A stretch of DNA of 64,000 bases, from NCBI RefSeq assembly GCF_009914755.1, contig NC_060935.1; one strand, 5' to 3'. Source of the stretch: the human T2T-CHM13v2.0 reference genome, Homo sapiens. A program made the translations under genes and the position numbers. Below the pieces are notes generated by a model. It was given only the letters and a program-made list of their open reading frames with translations. It searched no databases and was not told the DNA's origin. This document shows, piece by piece, positions 1-13,202 of the stretch; within the stretch, counting starts at the first letter, position 1, and every line of letters starts with the position of its first letter.

Positions 1-237
1 ATCCTCCTACCTCAGCCTCCCAAGTAGCTGGGACTACTGCTATAGTATAGTCCAGTGCCTAGACTGTACTAGTACTATAGGCACATGCCACCACCTCTGG
101 CTGATTTTTGTATTTTTTGTAGAGATTGGGTTTCACCATGTAGCCCAGGCTGGTATCAAACTCCTGGGCTCAAGTGATCTGCCCGCCTTGGCCTACCAAA
201 GCCCTGGGACTACAGACATAAGTCACTGCATCTGGCC
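1..237 (-). mobile_element. Alu (AluJ-like), cut by window edge, with ~40-bp internal insertion
   Basis: Antisense Alu motifs ctcagcctcccaagtagctgggactac, tttttgtattttttgtagaga and ctcctgggctcaagtgatctgcccgccttggcc. Confidence 0.92.
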
Positions 238-247
238 TAATTACTTA

Positions 248-570
248 TTTTTTTGGGGATGGGTCTTGCTCTGTCACTCAGGCTGGAGTGCAGTGGCAGC
301 ATCATAGCTTAAGCAATGATTTTGTCACTGCACTCCAGCCTGGCAAACCTCAAACTCCTGGGCTCAAGTGAGCCTCCTGCCTCAGCTGCCTGAGTAGGTG
401 GGACTACAGGCATGAGCCACCACATCTGGCTAATTAAAACAATTTTTTTTTTTTTGCTGGAGACAAGGTCTTGCTGTGTGGCCCAGGTTGGTCTCAAACT
501 CCTGGCCTCAAGTGATCCTCTGAACTCAGACTCTTCAGTAGCTGGGATTACAGGCGTGAGCCACTGGGCC
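248..570 (-). mobile_element. Alu (AluJ-like) with internal inverted duplication
   Basis: gggtcttgctctgtcactcaggctggagtgcagtgg ... gggattacaggcgtgagccactg. Confidence 0.92.
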
Positions 571-664
571 TACTTCCTTTCCCTTTAGACTCAAAAATCC
601 AGTGTAGGAGCTTTGTGGTCCATTGAGTAGGCTGCATTGCCTAGCCTCCCTGTTGCTGGAGAAG

Positions 665-1138
665 TGTATCAGCTAGCTTTTGCAGTGTAACAAACCACCT
701 CAAAACATTGTGGCTTAAAACAGCGAGGGTTCATTATTTCTCCAGGTTCTGTGAGTTGGCTAAGCAAGATTTCTGATCCGGGCTGGCCTGGCTGTGGCTG
801 GATGGTTGGGGATGGCCTCTCTCCCATGTTGGGGGCCTCTGCTGGGACAGCGATGCTCTCCCTATGTGCTCATTCATCCTCAGGAGATCAGCCCGGCCTT
901 GCTCATGTGCTGGCGGGAGGTCCCGGTACCGACATAGCAGCCTGCATGCACAAAAGCTTTTCCAGCCTCTGCTTGCATCCTGTTTGCTTCGTCCCTTTGG
1001 ACAAAGCAAGTCACAGGCCAAGTCCAGATTCAGGGGTGGAGAAATAAACTTCATCTCCTGGTGGGAGGAGTGACATTGTCAAACAGTCATATGAGGGAGT
1101 GTGAATAAATTAGGGGTCATTACTGTCATGCTCTACCA
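665..1138 (-). mobile_element. MLT1-family (ERVL-MaLR) LTR
   Basis: tgtatcagctagcttttgcagtgtaacaaaccacctcaaaac...ggcttaaaaca and ggacaaagcaagtcacaggccaagtccagattcaggggtggaga, typical of old MLT1 LTRs. Confidence 0.7.
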
Positions 1139-1144
1139 CTGAGT

Positions 1145-1451
1145 GTGTGACTCAGTTCTGGCCAATGAGATGTGAGCAGCGTGGGTCTTCTAGGAAGTCT
1201 CCTTCCAGGGAATTAGGCACACCTCCTTTCTCCCTTCCACATTCCTTGCTGCTTGGAATGTGGATGTGATGGCTGGAGCTCTTGCAGCCATCTTAGACTA
1301 TGAGGTTGAGAGCCACACCCTGGGAGTGGTGAATTAGTTGGAAGGAAGCTTGGTTCCTGTTGACTTCTTGGTGCCTTAGACTGCCTATCCCTGGACTTCT
1401 TTTACATGATAGGAAATTTACGTGGGGTCAAATTTCATCCTGACTGATACA
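1145..1451 (+). mobile_element. MLT1-family LTR fragment
   Basis: tgtgactcagttctggccaatgagatgtgagcag ... gtgatggctggagctcttgcagccatctt ... tcctgactgataca. Confidence 0.65.
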
Positions 1452-1879
1452 TTTGGCAAAGACTCTTGTCTCTCAGAACGTGAGGATTTGGGTGGCCTCT
1501 CCCCAAAGTTAAGTGGATGGACTTAACACACATGAGGAGGGCAGCTCAGGTGCTTCCCAGGGGCCTGGATACCAACCATGGGTTTCTTGGGAGAGATACT
1601 CTGGAGGAACCTCTGGAGTTAGGGCACTAGGGACAAACTGGCTTTGAAGGCCTGAGATCCAGATGGGGAGAGTGGCAGCCAGTACCACTGTGCCCAGCAC
1701 TGGCCTCACCCCTGTAATCCCACCACCAGCCCCTGTAGTAGCTCTGTCACTATTTTACGGGTGGAGTAGCCAAGGGGTAAAGTGACTTTTGCATAAGGCT
1801 GTGCGACCCAATGTGGAATGAAGATTCCAACCCGCAAATGACCTCAGGACCCTGACTCTGAGCCGAGACTGAAGCAGCC

Positions 1880-2030
1880 CATTCATTCATTCACTCACAC
1901 ACTCATCCATTCATTCAGCACTTTCTGAACACCTTCCATGAGCCAAGCACACCTCACAGTGCTGGGGCACCGCAGGGGACAGAACAGACCAAGTCCTATC
2001 CTTGTGGCTTGCATTCTCATGGGATCAGAG
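1880..2030 (-). mobile_element. L2 3' fragment
   Basis: (CATT)n end followed by cagcactttctgaacaccttccatgagccaagcac. Confidence 0.6.
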
Positions 2031-2819
2031 ACTCAGCCCCCTGGGGAAGCAGGGTGGGGAGAGAGGGCAGCCTTGCTGGGGAGGTCTGGGGGTCTCCTTG
2101 GAGTAGCATGTCTGAATGGAAGCCACGGCTGGCTTCGCACCGCGGCTGCAGCATGTTAGCTGGGTAACCTCAGGCAGGGTCCACATTGCGCTTCAGTTTC
2201 CTCACCTGTAGAACGTGGCCGTCGACCTCCTGCTGGTGGGGCTGGTGTGAGGAGGTGGGGTACCCCACGCTCACAGCAGCATGCAGGGGCTGCTCCTCTG
2301 CGAGGACTTGGTGGCTCTATTTGTCCCTCCTAGAGACCTCCAGTCTTGGTCTGGCTCTCTCTTTAGCATGGAGCAGGAGATGAGGAGGTGGCCCTGACTA
2401 CATCACTGTTGCTTTCCCAGGGTCCTGCTGATGCCTGCTGGCTGGGACGAGAGGGGGGTGCGGTCAGAAAGGGCCTGGTGCCATGTGGCAAACAGGTCGG
2501 GTGCACAGGTCACGTGTGAGAGTCCAGCCGCAATAGCGGCTCAGGATCCAGCAAATGGGCTTGGGCCCTTTGCTGCAGAGCTCTTGGGTCAGGTGGTCAC
2601 ACGCTCCTGTGTGCTAGGTCCCTGACATGCCAGGTGCAGGTGGGGGGTGCCCGTCTGCAGTCACGAAGGCTGGAATTCAATCCTGGCTGGGACCCTCACC
2701 GGGCAAGTGCTTAGCTGGGCACTCACCAGGCGCCCAAAAGTGACCACTGCTATAATCATGGCAGCAATAAGTGTGACATACTCCAAGGTGTTATAATTTA
2801 AGGAACTTTCTTATGTGAG

Positions 2820-3090
2820 CCACACATATACTTGCCCACATGCACACACAGGCACAACACATCTATACAAACATGCACACACACATACATGCTTCTGCAC
2901 ACCAACACACATGTACATGCTTCTGCACACAACACACACAGATACATGTTTCTGCACACCCACACACACGTACCTGCCTGGGCATGCATGCACACACGTA
3001 CATGTTTCTGCACACCCACACACACGTACCTGCCTGGGCATGCATGCACACAGGCACACAGCACGTACCCATAAGACTCAAGCATGCACA
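2820..3090. repeat. CA-rich tandem repeat, ~28-bp units, including a 56-bp duplication (2943-2998 / 2999-3052)
   Basis: Repeated tacatg(c/t)ttctgcacac units visible directly. Confidence 0.9.
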
Positions 3091-6000
3091 CGCCCCTGTG
3101 TGCCTTTGGTCTCAGCCTTGAGCTTCACTTACCAAATGTGCAGGGGGCAAAGCCACGCACAGGCTGAGGGCGCCGAGCTGCAGAAGGCCCTCCCAGGGAA
3201 GGAAGTGGCAGCAGCTGTTGGGTGCGTGTTATATCCATGCCAGGCTCCTGCTCAGGGCTCTCTGTAGATTTTCTTCCATAAAGAGAAGATTTTCTCATCC
3301 CCATCATACAGATGTGGGCATCTAGGAAGGGGTATGACCTGAGAGGCAGGAGGTGTCCTGCCTGGGAGTGGCTCCCCCAGGGCTGGGGTGGCTGTCATCA
3401 AGCCCAGCTGACTACCTCCCCTGGGATTTTTGGGTAGCTGGTGAAAGGTTGGCTGGACCACTCTGTATCATTGAGGCTCGGAATTGGTGGTTTTGGTCGG
3501 GGGGGAGGGCCGTGGGAGCCAGGCAGAGGTGCTGGAGAGAGGGAGACAGTGCTACCCTGCACGGGGGTCCTGGGAGCAGTGGAACGTTATTCAATGCAAG
3601 TCATCCAGAGCCTAGGCCTTTGGGACCGCCTGCCCCCACCATGACCCTGGGGTGCCCAGTGAGGGGCAGGGGGCAAGGTGGGCCTGAGAACAGGAGTGGA
3701 GGCAGCTGGCGGAGGGCAGCTCGGAGGGAGTCAAGCCCCTGCCCATCTGTCTCAGCCCGATCCCCAGGGACTCTGGGGAGGCCCCTGGTGGAGTGTACTG
3801 CTCCGAGGGCAGTGGGAGGCATTGCTTGGAGAATTAAAGAAGAGCGTGATCCCAAGTGGCCGAGAACTTGGAGTGAAGAGCAGTGTGCTCAGGACCCATG
3901 TGGAAAGTGGATCCCGGCTCAGCCATCCTTCCCCACCCCAAGGAGCCTTTGGATCAGCCCTGCCCTCCCTGCAGCTGCACCCGCACGTGTCTTCCCAGGC
4001 TCTGAGGGGCTCACAGGCGGGTTGGGGCGGAGGGTCCCATGCCCTCTGGGAGCCTGCTGGAGGCACTGCACTGCAGAGGGCATGAACCTGCAGATTCTGG
4101 CCTTGCCACATCCTCAGAGTGTGGCCGACGGCAAGCTGGCCTCTCCACATGCCAGTTTCTGCCTCCCTAACGTGGAGAGGGTACAGCACAGACAACAGAT
4201 ACCACGTGAAAAGCCCCTACCCAGTGCCTGGCACACAGCGGGTGCTTCGGTTCTTATCTCATTGGAACTGTACATGTGCCTGGGGTGGTAGGAATTCCTG
4301 TCCCTTTTCCAGGTGGGGCATCTGGGACTCAGACCCATAAGTGGCTTGCCCCAGGTCGCACGGCCAGTTTGAGGTAGGGCCCCATGTCTGCGTATATGAT
4401 CCCATCGTGAGACAGCACCTCTGAGCAGCCAGCCTTCCGGGGCGGCTAGAATACTCTTCAAATCTACAAGGTTTCATTTATATCCAGGGACAGCCATGCC
4501 CAGGCAGCGCTTGGCCAAGAGAGAGCACTGTGCTGGGAGTCCAGAATCTTGGCCCCAAATCCCGGCAGGACCCAGGGCAAATGGCTTCCCTCCTGGCGAG
4601 TGCCTTTCCTCCTCTTGGGCACAGTTCCGATGTTACCTGGGCTGGGCCATGGAGAATGCCGCCCAAGGGCTGGTCCTGGGCCATTGTTTACCCTAGTTCT
4701 GCATGGAGGGTTTGACCTCACGCCCGGCTCCCCACCTGCCCGCCCTGCTGTGCGGCCTCCTCCCTGCCTCGGCTGACTCACAGCTCTGCTATGCGTCCTG
4801 CAAACATTCCGGAGCCCTCGCCCTGCAGCAGTGCTCTCTGCATTGGTGGATAATAGGGCAGCACTCTGTACCCAGAACGGGAGGCATTTGGGTCCCCTAA
4901 GAAGCATTTGTCATTCTGTCCCTGCCTCTGGGCTCCTCGCCTGTGATCTCAGAAACAGGGCTGGGTGTGTCTCTGCAGCCTTCCTGGGGAAGTTTTCTTT
5001 TAATCTGCTAGACCCATGGCGGGGGGGCGGGGGGAGGGGAGCCAGAACACTCTGATCTGTTCCTGCCAGCTCAGGGACCTCGGGCAAATCGAGTCAGCTC
5101 CCTGTGAGAGGCGGGAGTGGGCGGCATCAGTGGTTTGCAGAGACGTAGGTTGCAGAGCCAGTGAGCCGGTGACATCTTGCATGCAGCCTTGATCCAGGGA
5201 GTGAAGGAAGTGCTCAGGCTGGGTGTGAGGGCGGGGAGGGGGCTGGGGCAGAGCTGGCTTTTCTGTGCGCTCTGCGGAGACCTCTGAATCTCCTCTACCC
5301 GTGGTGGGGGAAGCCCCAGAGTTCCCTGCACCTTTGAGGTCTCTCCTCACGCCAGCGGGCTGCAGCCCACGGTAGCCCAGGGTCACATAGTGGGGCCCAG
5401 CTAGAGTTTGAACCCAGAACTTTGTGACCTTGCACCCTGCAAGCATTCCGCTTGACCATTAGGGTGGTCAGCACCTGTCCCTGCCGCCGAATGCCAGCTC
5501 TGTGAGGTTGAGGCCCCACCCACCACTGCACCCAACACTGAGCATGGTGGTGAGTGCGCGCCAGGTGCCCAAGAGTCCTTTGCTGAGTGGGCGAGGGGTG
5601 GGGTCCTCCTACTTCCCCCTGCCCTCCCTCCTGGCCCTTGCAGGGGCTAAGTACCTTTGTACCCCTGGGTGCCCCCGCCACGACCCTCCCCGCTGGCCCA
5701 CTTCCCCCTTCCCTGTTCTAGCCTTCAAGGTCTGCAGTCTCTGGTCTCACTTCTCTCCTCCCCTGGTTCCAGTAGACAGCGGCCAGAGGAGGCGCTCCTG
5801 GGGTTGGATTCACTGTTGGTTTTAGGAACTGAGAAAGGCCCCCAATCCCCGAGAAAATCCAGGGCAGAATGTGGCTGAGGAGCTGGAGGGAGGAGAGGAG
5901 ACCAGGCGCCCTCCCAGGGCCTCCACCTCAGGCCTGTAGATATGAGGTCCCCCAAGGCCTTGCTGTGTGACCTGGGCAAGTTACTCCATCTCTCTGGGCC

Positions 6001-6195
6001 CGGATAGGGATCAATGGATCCTATCTTGTCGGAATGCGGGGGCATTGAGGGCAGCTGGAGAATGTAAGCTTAGCTCCCAGACTGGTGCTCGGGAGGGCCG
6101 GCGAGGGTTCTGCTACGTTTATTACCACCTTTACTGGCGAGTTCAAAAGGAGCAAATCAGCAAAGGCCCCAAAACACTGGGGCCCAACAGACACG

Positions 6196-7090
6196 CAGTT
6201 TCCCCTTGAACAATGCACGTGTTAGGGTTGCGACCCCCTCCCCCATGCAGTGAAAACCTGCATGTAACTTTCGACTCCTCCAAAACTGAACTACGAATAG
6301 TCGACTGTTGACCAGAAGCCTCACTGATAACATCAACAGTTGATGGACAGATATTTTGTATGTTACATGTATTACATGCTGTGTTCTTACAATAAAGTAA
6401 GAACATGTTATTAAGAAAATCATAAAGAAGAGAAATATATTTACTATTCAGTAAGTGGAAGTGGATCATCATAAAGGTTTCCATCCTTGTCATCTTACAT
6501 CAAAGAGGCTAAGTCAGAGGAGGAGGGGGAGGAAGGAGGAAGAGGAGGGGGAGGGGAGGAGGAAGAGGAGGGGGAGGTGAGGAGGAAAAGGAGGGGGAGG
6601 GGGAGGGGAGAAGGTGGAGGAGGGGGAAGAGGGGGAGGAAGGGGGGGAGGGGGAGGGGAGAAGGTGGAGGAGGGGGAAGAGGGGGAGGGGGAGAAGGGGG
6701 AGGAGAAGGAAGAGGGGGAGAGGGGGAGGGGGAGAAGGGGGAGGAGAAGGAAGAGGGGGAGAGGGGGAGGGGGAGAAGGGGGAGGAGGGGGAAGAGGGGG
6801 AGAGGGGGAGGGGGAGAAGGCGGAGGAGAGGGAAGAGGGGGAGGGGGAGGAGGGGGAGGAGGGGGGAGAGGGGGAGGAGGGGGGAGAGGGGGAGGAGGGG
6901 GAGGAGGGGGAAGAGGGGGAGGGGGAGGAGGGGGAGGAGGGGGAAGAGGGGTAGGAGTGGGGGGAAGAGGAAGAGGGGGAGGAGGAGGAGGAGGAGTGGG
7001 AGGAGAGGTTGGTCTTTGTGCCTCAGGGGTGGTAGAGGTGGAAGAAAACCTGCCTATAGGTTGAAACCCGTGTTGTTTAAGGGTCAGCTG
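6196..7090 (-). mobile_element. Tigger2a/MER28 DNA transposon with expanded internal polypurine tract
   Basis: Terminal inverted repeats cagtttccccttgaacaa (6196) and ttgtttaagggtcagctg (7090, followed by TA); internal gtggaagtggatcatcataaagg matches the recalled consensus. Confidence 0.85.
6516..7008. repeat. GA-rich polypurine low-complexity tract (~490 bp)
   Basis: Almost only G and A; about 7 pyrimidines in the tract. Confidence 0.97.
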
Positions 7091-7094
7091 TAGA

Positions 7095-7382
7095 CAGATG
7101 GCTCCCAACTTAGGATGCAGCTTAAGGATCTCTTGACTTCACAATGGTGTGAAAGCCATATGCGTTCAGTAGAACATCAGTAAATTCCATGAAATAGTAA
7201 ACATCTTATTATAAAGCAGGCTTTGTGTTAGATGATTTTGCCCAATTGTAGGCTAATGGCAGTGATCTGGGCACACATAGGGTGGGCCAGGCTGCGCTAT
7301 GATGTTCAGGTGGATTCAATGCGTTTGATTCAGTGGATGGGTTTGCTGGAACGTAACCCCATCGTAAGTTGGGCAGCATTTG
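7095..7382 (-). mobile_element. MER47-like TcMar-Tigger MITE
   Basis: ggctttgtgttagatgattttgcccaattgtaggctaatg and end acgtaaccccatcgtaagttgggcagcatttg. Confidence 0.75.
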
Positions 7383-7384
7383 TC

Positions 7385-7620
7385 ATGCGAACCACAGAGA
7401 TAATTTACAATTTTTGAGTAGCCACATTAAAAAGGTAAAAAGAAACTGGTGAAATGAATTTTAATCACATTTTATTTAACCCAATCCATCCAAAATATTG
7501 AAACAGCACATAATCAATATTAAAATTATTGGGATATTTTGCATTCTTTTGTATGTACTAGTCTTAAAAACCTGGTACTTACATTGAGAGCACCTCTTAC
7601 TTCAGACACTACATGTTGAA
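7385..7620 (+). mobile_element. MER33-like hAT-Charlie fragment
   Basis: gtagccacattaaaaaggtaaaaagaaactggtgaaatgaattttaat...ttatttaacccaat. Confidence 0.75.
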
Positions 7621-7639
7621 TGTCCTACCTAGACAATAA

Positions 7640-7978
<339 letters not shown>

Positions 7979-8029
7979 CACATGGCTTCAGTTTTTAAAA
8001 ATTAAATTTAATGAATTTTTCTGCAGGTC

Positions 8030-8185
8030 TGTAGTAGGTGTATGTACCTGTGGGGTCCATGAGATGTTTGGATACAGGCATGCAGTGTGAAATCAGCACG
8101 TCCTGGGGAATGGGGTATCCATCCCACAAACATTTATCCTCTGAGTTACAAATAATCCAATTATTGCTTCAGTTTTTAAATGTAA
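8030..8185 (-). mobile_element. L1MA-type 3' end fragment
   Basis: ggggtccatgagatgtttggatacaggcatgcagtgtgaaat...ggggtatccatccc. Confidence 0.7.
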
Positions 8186-9019
8186 AATAATTAAAATTAA
8201 ATATATTTAAAAAAAACCCCCACAGTTTATGAGTCTCACCAGCCATGTACAGAGTGATCAGCAGCTGTGTGGCCAGGGGCTGGTGTGTGGGTGACGCTGG
8301 CCCAGGCGTCATCTGTGTCCTTCTACCCTCATCAAACTGCACCTGTCCAGGGCCCTGTCCCTCCAGCCTGTGCCTCTGCTGAGTGGCCCCTGGCTCACCT
8401 GAGGCTCTCAGGCACACTTGTCTGTGAGAGGCTGAACCCCACCTCCTGTTTAGAGGCATTTAGTGGACATTCGAGGGCTGATCAGATGGGGCTTCAGGCT
8501 TCTCAAAAGGGAGGCAGGCAGGGGAGGGGCTTTGCCTCAGAGCCCTATCTGCTATGAGGTTGAGGAGGGCACACAACCTGGTGGGGTCTGAGTCCTTGGG
8601 CTGGGTGCTTTGGGCCACACGCAGCCCCTCTCTGGGCCTGTCCAGAGGGCTCTGATGTCCCCTCGAGCTCCAGTCTGTCTACCTAGTACTTGCCAGTGCC
8701 CATAAGTCAGGAGCTGGAGTCCTTCCCAGAGACCTAGCAGCACCAGACGGTGCCTGGCGGACAGACGGCCCTTCTTGGTGGCCTGGTGCATGGATGCGGG
8801 TGCTGGCCTCACTGTGGAGTGCGGTCCGGAATGGCCTTTGTGTCTCACCTGCCGCAGGGGTCTGACTCTGACCTTCCTCAGGGACCCTACCATTCCAGGG
8901 TTCTGTACCCCATGCGGCGACTGTCCAGCCTTGCTTGAGGCCCACCTCTCCCCATATGCTGATGACACCGTCGTCCTGACAATAGCCTGAGAGGCAGGTC
9001 CTGTGTGGGTTGTACTCTG

Positions 9020-9110
9020 TGGATGGGGAGACTGAGGCACAGAGAGGTGAAGAGATTTGCCCGAGTTGCAGAGCTCACGAGTGGCAGAGCTAGGAATCGG
9101 ACCGGCTGCC
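9020..9110 (-). mobile_element. MIR fragment
   Basis: gatggggagactgaggcacagagaggtgaagagatttgcccgagttgcagagc core. Confidence 0.7.
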
Positions 9111-10164
9111 TGGCTCGCATGCTCCTGAGAACTGCTGAGCGACTGTCCCCTCTGATAGCCAAAACCCTGGCTCTAGTCTTGGCTGTTCAGCCTCCTGGTT
9201 GCAGCTTCAGTGTCTCCAACTGTACCATGAGTGAATGGGACCCTCTGATGGCTAAGTTCCATCCAGCTCTGAGAGCCTCTGCATTGCCTGTTACTTTTTA
9301 TTTTTAAAGTGATTTTGTTTTGGCGAGGAGGCTGAGGGAGGGTGAGGCCAGGTGGGTGGGAAAAAACATGAAATCGCTCAGCCCCAGGCCCTCCTAGCAG
9401 CTTAGTCCCTACAGATTGACGGAGGCCTTGCACACATTTCCCAGAGGCCGTGCTGGGAAGCCCGCCCAGCCGGATCCCGGCGCTTGGAAAAGCCCACTCT
9501 GTGTCTTGGCACTCGGGCCTTACAGCTGCCGGGGACTGGCTGCGTGAGGTCCTGGGGCTGGCGTGGCTGCGGCCGGGTGGGTGGGTGGGGGGGGGGTGTG
9601 CCGAGGGGCACGCATCCATCACTGCCAGCAGCTTGCGTGGGCCCTGCCAAGTCGTGGGGGAACTGAGCCCAGGTGCCAACGTGCTTGGTAACTGGCTTGC
9701 TATTTGAAAAATTAAAGCGGTGTCAAGAATATCTAACCTTTGCATTCATATCAGGAGTCTGGAGCCGGGCGGGTGGCAGCCAGAGTGGGGCTGTTTGTGC
9801 AGGGCGGCCAGTGGGAAGGCACCCTCGGAAGGAGCAGATTACAGCAAAAAACATTATCCACCCAGCACCCAGGAGGAGGCACAGGTGATAACTGGGGAGG
9901 GGGAGCAGAAAGCACAGGCGAGCTGACCTCTCTCTAGCTGCTGGGACCCCTGCAGGAAGGCAGCCTGGTGCGCACCTACTGTGTGCCGGGAGAATGTGCC
10001 AGGTGCTGGGGTGGATGGAGATGGGGTGGCACCTCCAGGACACACTGCGCCTGGGCCCATGATACTTGCAGGGACCCACAGTGATGTTTTAATGTCTTTT
10101 AAAATCAAAAGAAAGAAATGAACTTTTAGGTTGAAGAAATGATGGTTAATAATGTCCCCACATA

Positions 10165-11955
<1,791 letters not shown>

Positions 11956-11956
11956 A

Positions 11957-12361
11957 ATCCCCACAAAATTCACATCCACTTGGAGCCTCAGAATATGACC
12001 TTCTTTGGAGATAGGGTCTTTGCAGATGTAGTCAAGTGAAGAGGGGGTAGTTCTGGAGCAGGGTGGGCCCTGACCCCATGGCTGGTATCCTCATAAGAAG
12101 AAGAGATCCAGAGACACAGGCCGGGAAGACCACGTGCCGATGGAAGCAGAGGTTGGGGGGATGCGGCCATAAGCCAGGGAACGCCAGGAACCAGCAGAAG
12201 CTGGCAGGGGCAAGGAAGGACCCTCCCTGAGAGCCTTCAGCGGACCCAGCCCAGCCGACACCTTGAGTTTGGATTTCTGCCTCCAGAGCTGTGAGAGAAT
12301 AATTCCCACAATTCTGAGCCACCTGTGGTAATTGGTTATGGCGGGCCCAGGAAATAATACA
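11957..12361 (+). mobile_element. MLT1B/C-type MaLR LTR
   Basis: ggagcctcagaatatgaccttctttggagatagggtctttgcagatgta ... gaaataataca. Confidence 0.8.
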
Positions 12362-12417
12362 ATGTATAATATTGATCTGTCTCTACTCCGGCATAGTTAG
12401 ATCAATAGAATTCTTTG

Positions 12418-12725
12418 CAGGGTGCAGTGGCTTATACCTGCAGTCTCAGCACTTTGGGAGGGCTAGGCAGGTGGATCACATGTGGCCAGGAGTTTGAGAC
12501 CAGCCTGGGCAGCATAGTGAGACCATCTCTCTACAAAAAATACAAAAATTAGCCAGGTGTGGTGGTGTATGCCTGTGGTCCTGGCTACTAGGGAGGCTGA
12601 GATGGGAGAATTGCTTGAACCCTGGGAGGTTCAAGGCCGCAGTGAGCTGAGATTGTGCTGCTGCACTCCAGCCTGGATGACAGAGTAAGACCCTGTCTCA
12701 ATAATAATAATAATAATAATAAAAT
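12418..12725 (+). mobile_element. AluJ-like element with (AAT)n tail
   Basis: Both Alu arms, diverged. Confidence 0.9.
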
Positions 12726-13053
12726 AATTTTTTTAAATGGAAGAAGGAATCTAAGTGTTCCTTCAAGGTGATGAACCTTGCCATTCCTGGGTGGGGGCCT
12801 TGATGGGGGTGATGAGAGTGGGTGTGGGGGTTTGCTAGGTAGGTGGAATCTGCATGTGCAGGGAGGCAGGCCAGGGAAAGAGATGGAGCACTGGAATCAG
12901 AATCTTACGTTCCAGTCCTGGCTCTGCCATGTCTGGCTGTGTGGCCTTGAGAGGGAACATGACTTCCATAAGCCTCAGCGGCCGCCTCTGTTAACTCAGG
13001 CTCCCCACTGTAGAGGATGCTCCCAGGGAGTCGGGGAGGAAGTGCTATCCGAT

Positions 13054-13202
13054 CCCAGGAAATGCAGCTTGCAGAAGCCCAGGAAATGCAGCTTGCAGAA
13101 GCTCAGGAAATGCAGCTTGCAGAAGCCCAGGAAATGCAGCTTGCAGAAGCCCAGGAAATGCAGCTTGCAGAAGCCCAGGAAATGCAGCTTGCAGAAGCTC
13201 AG
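13054..13202. repeat. 24-bp minisatellite, 6 copies (c(c/t)caggaaatgcagcttgcagaag)
   Basis: Units start at 13054, 13078, 13102, 13126, 13150 and 13174. Confidence 0.97.

Noticed and set aside
2798-3267. His/Thr/Cys/Val-rich ORFs
   Set aside because: Translations of the CA-rich repeat.
3353-4291. 312-aa ORF
   Set aside because: GTG start, GC-rich composition, no recognisable domain; long chance ORFs are common at this GC content.
6487-7108. Glu/Gly-rich ORF resembling RPGR ORF15, plus poly-Pro and Arg/Gly ORFs in other frames
   Set aside because: All are by-products of the polypurine tract inside Tigger2a, which cannot contain stop codons; the starts are non-ATG and there is no gene context.
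13054-13202. CRISPR-like appearance of short direct repeats (also 36898-37013)
   Set aside because: Head-to-tail units with no unique spacers, in primate DNA with no cas genes; ordinary VNTRs.
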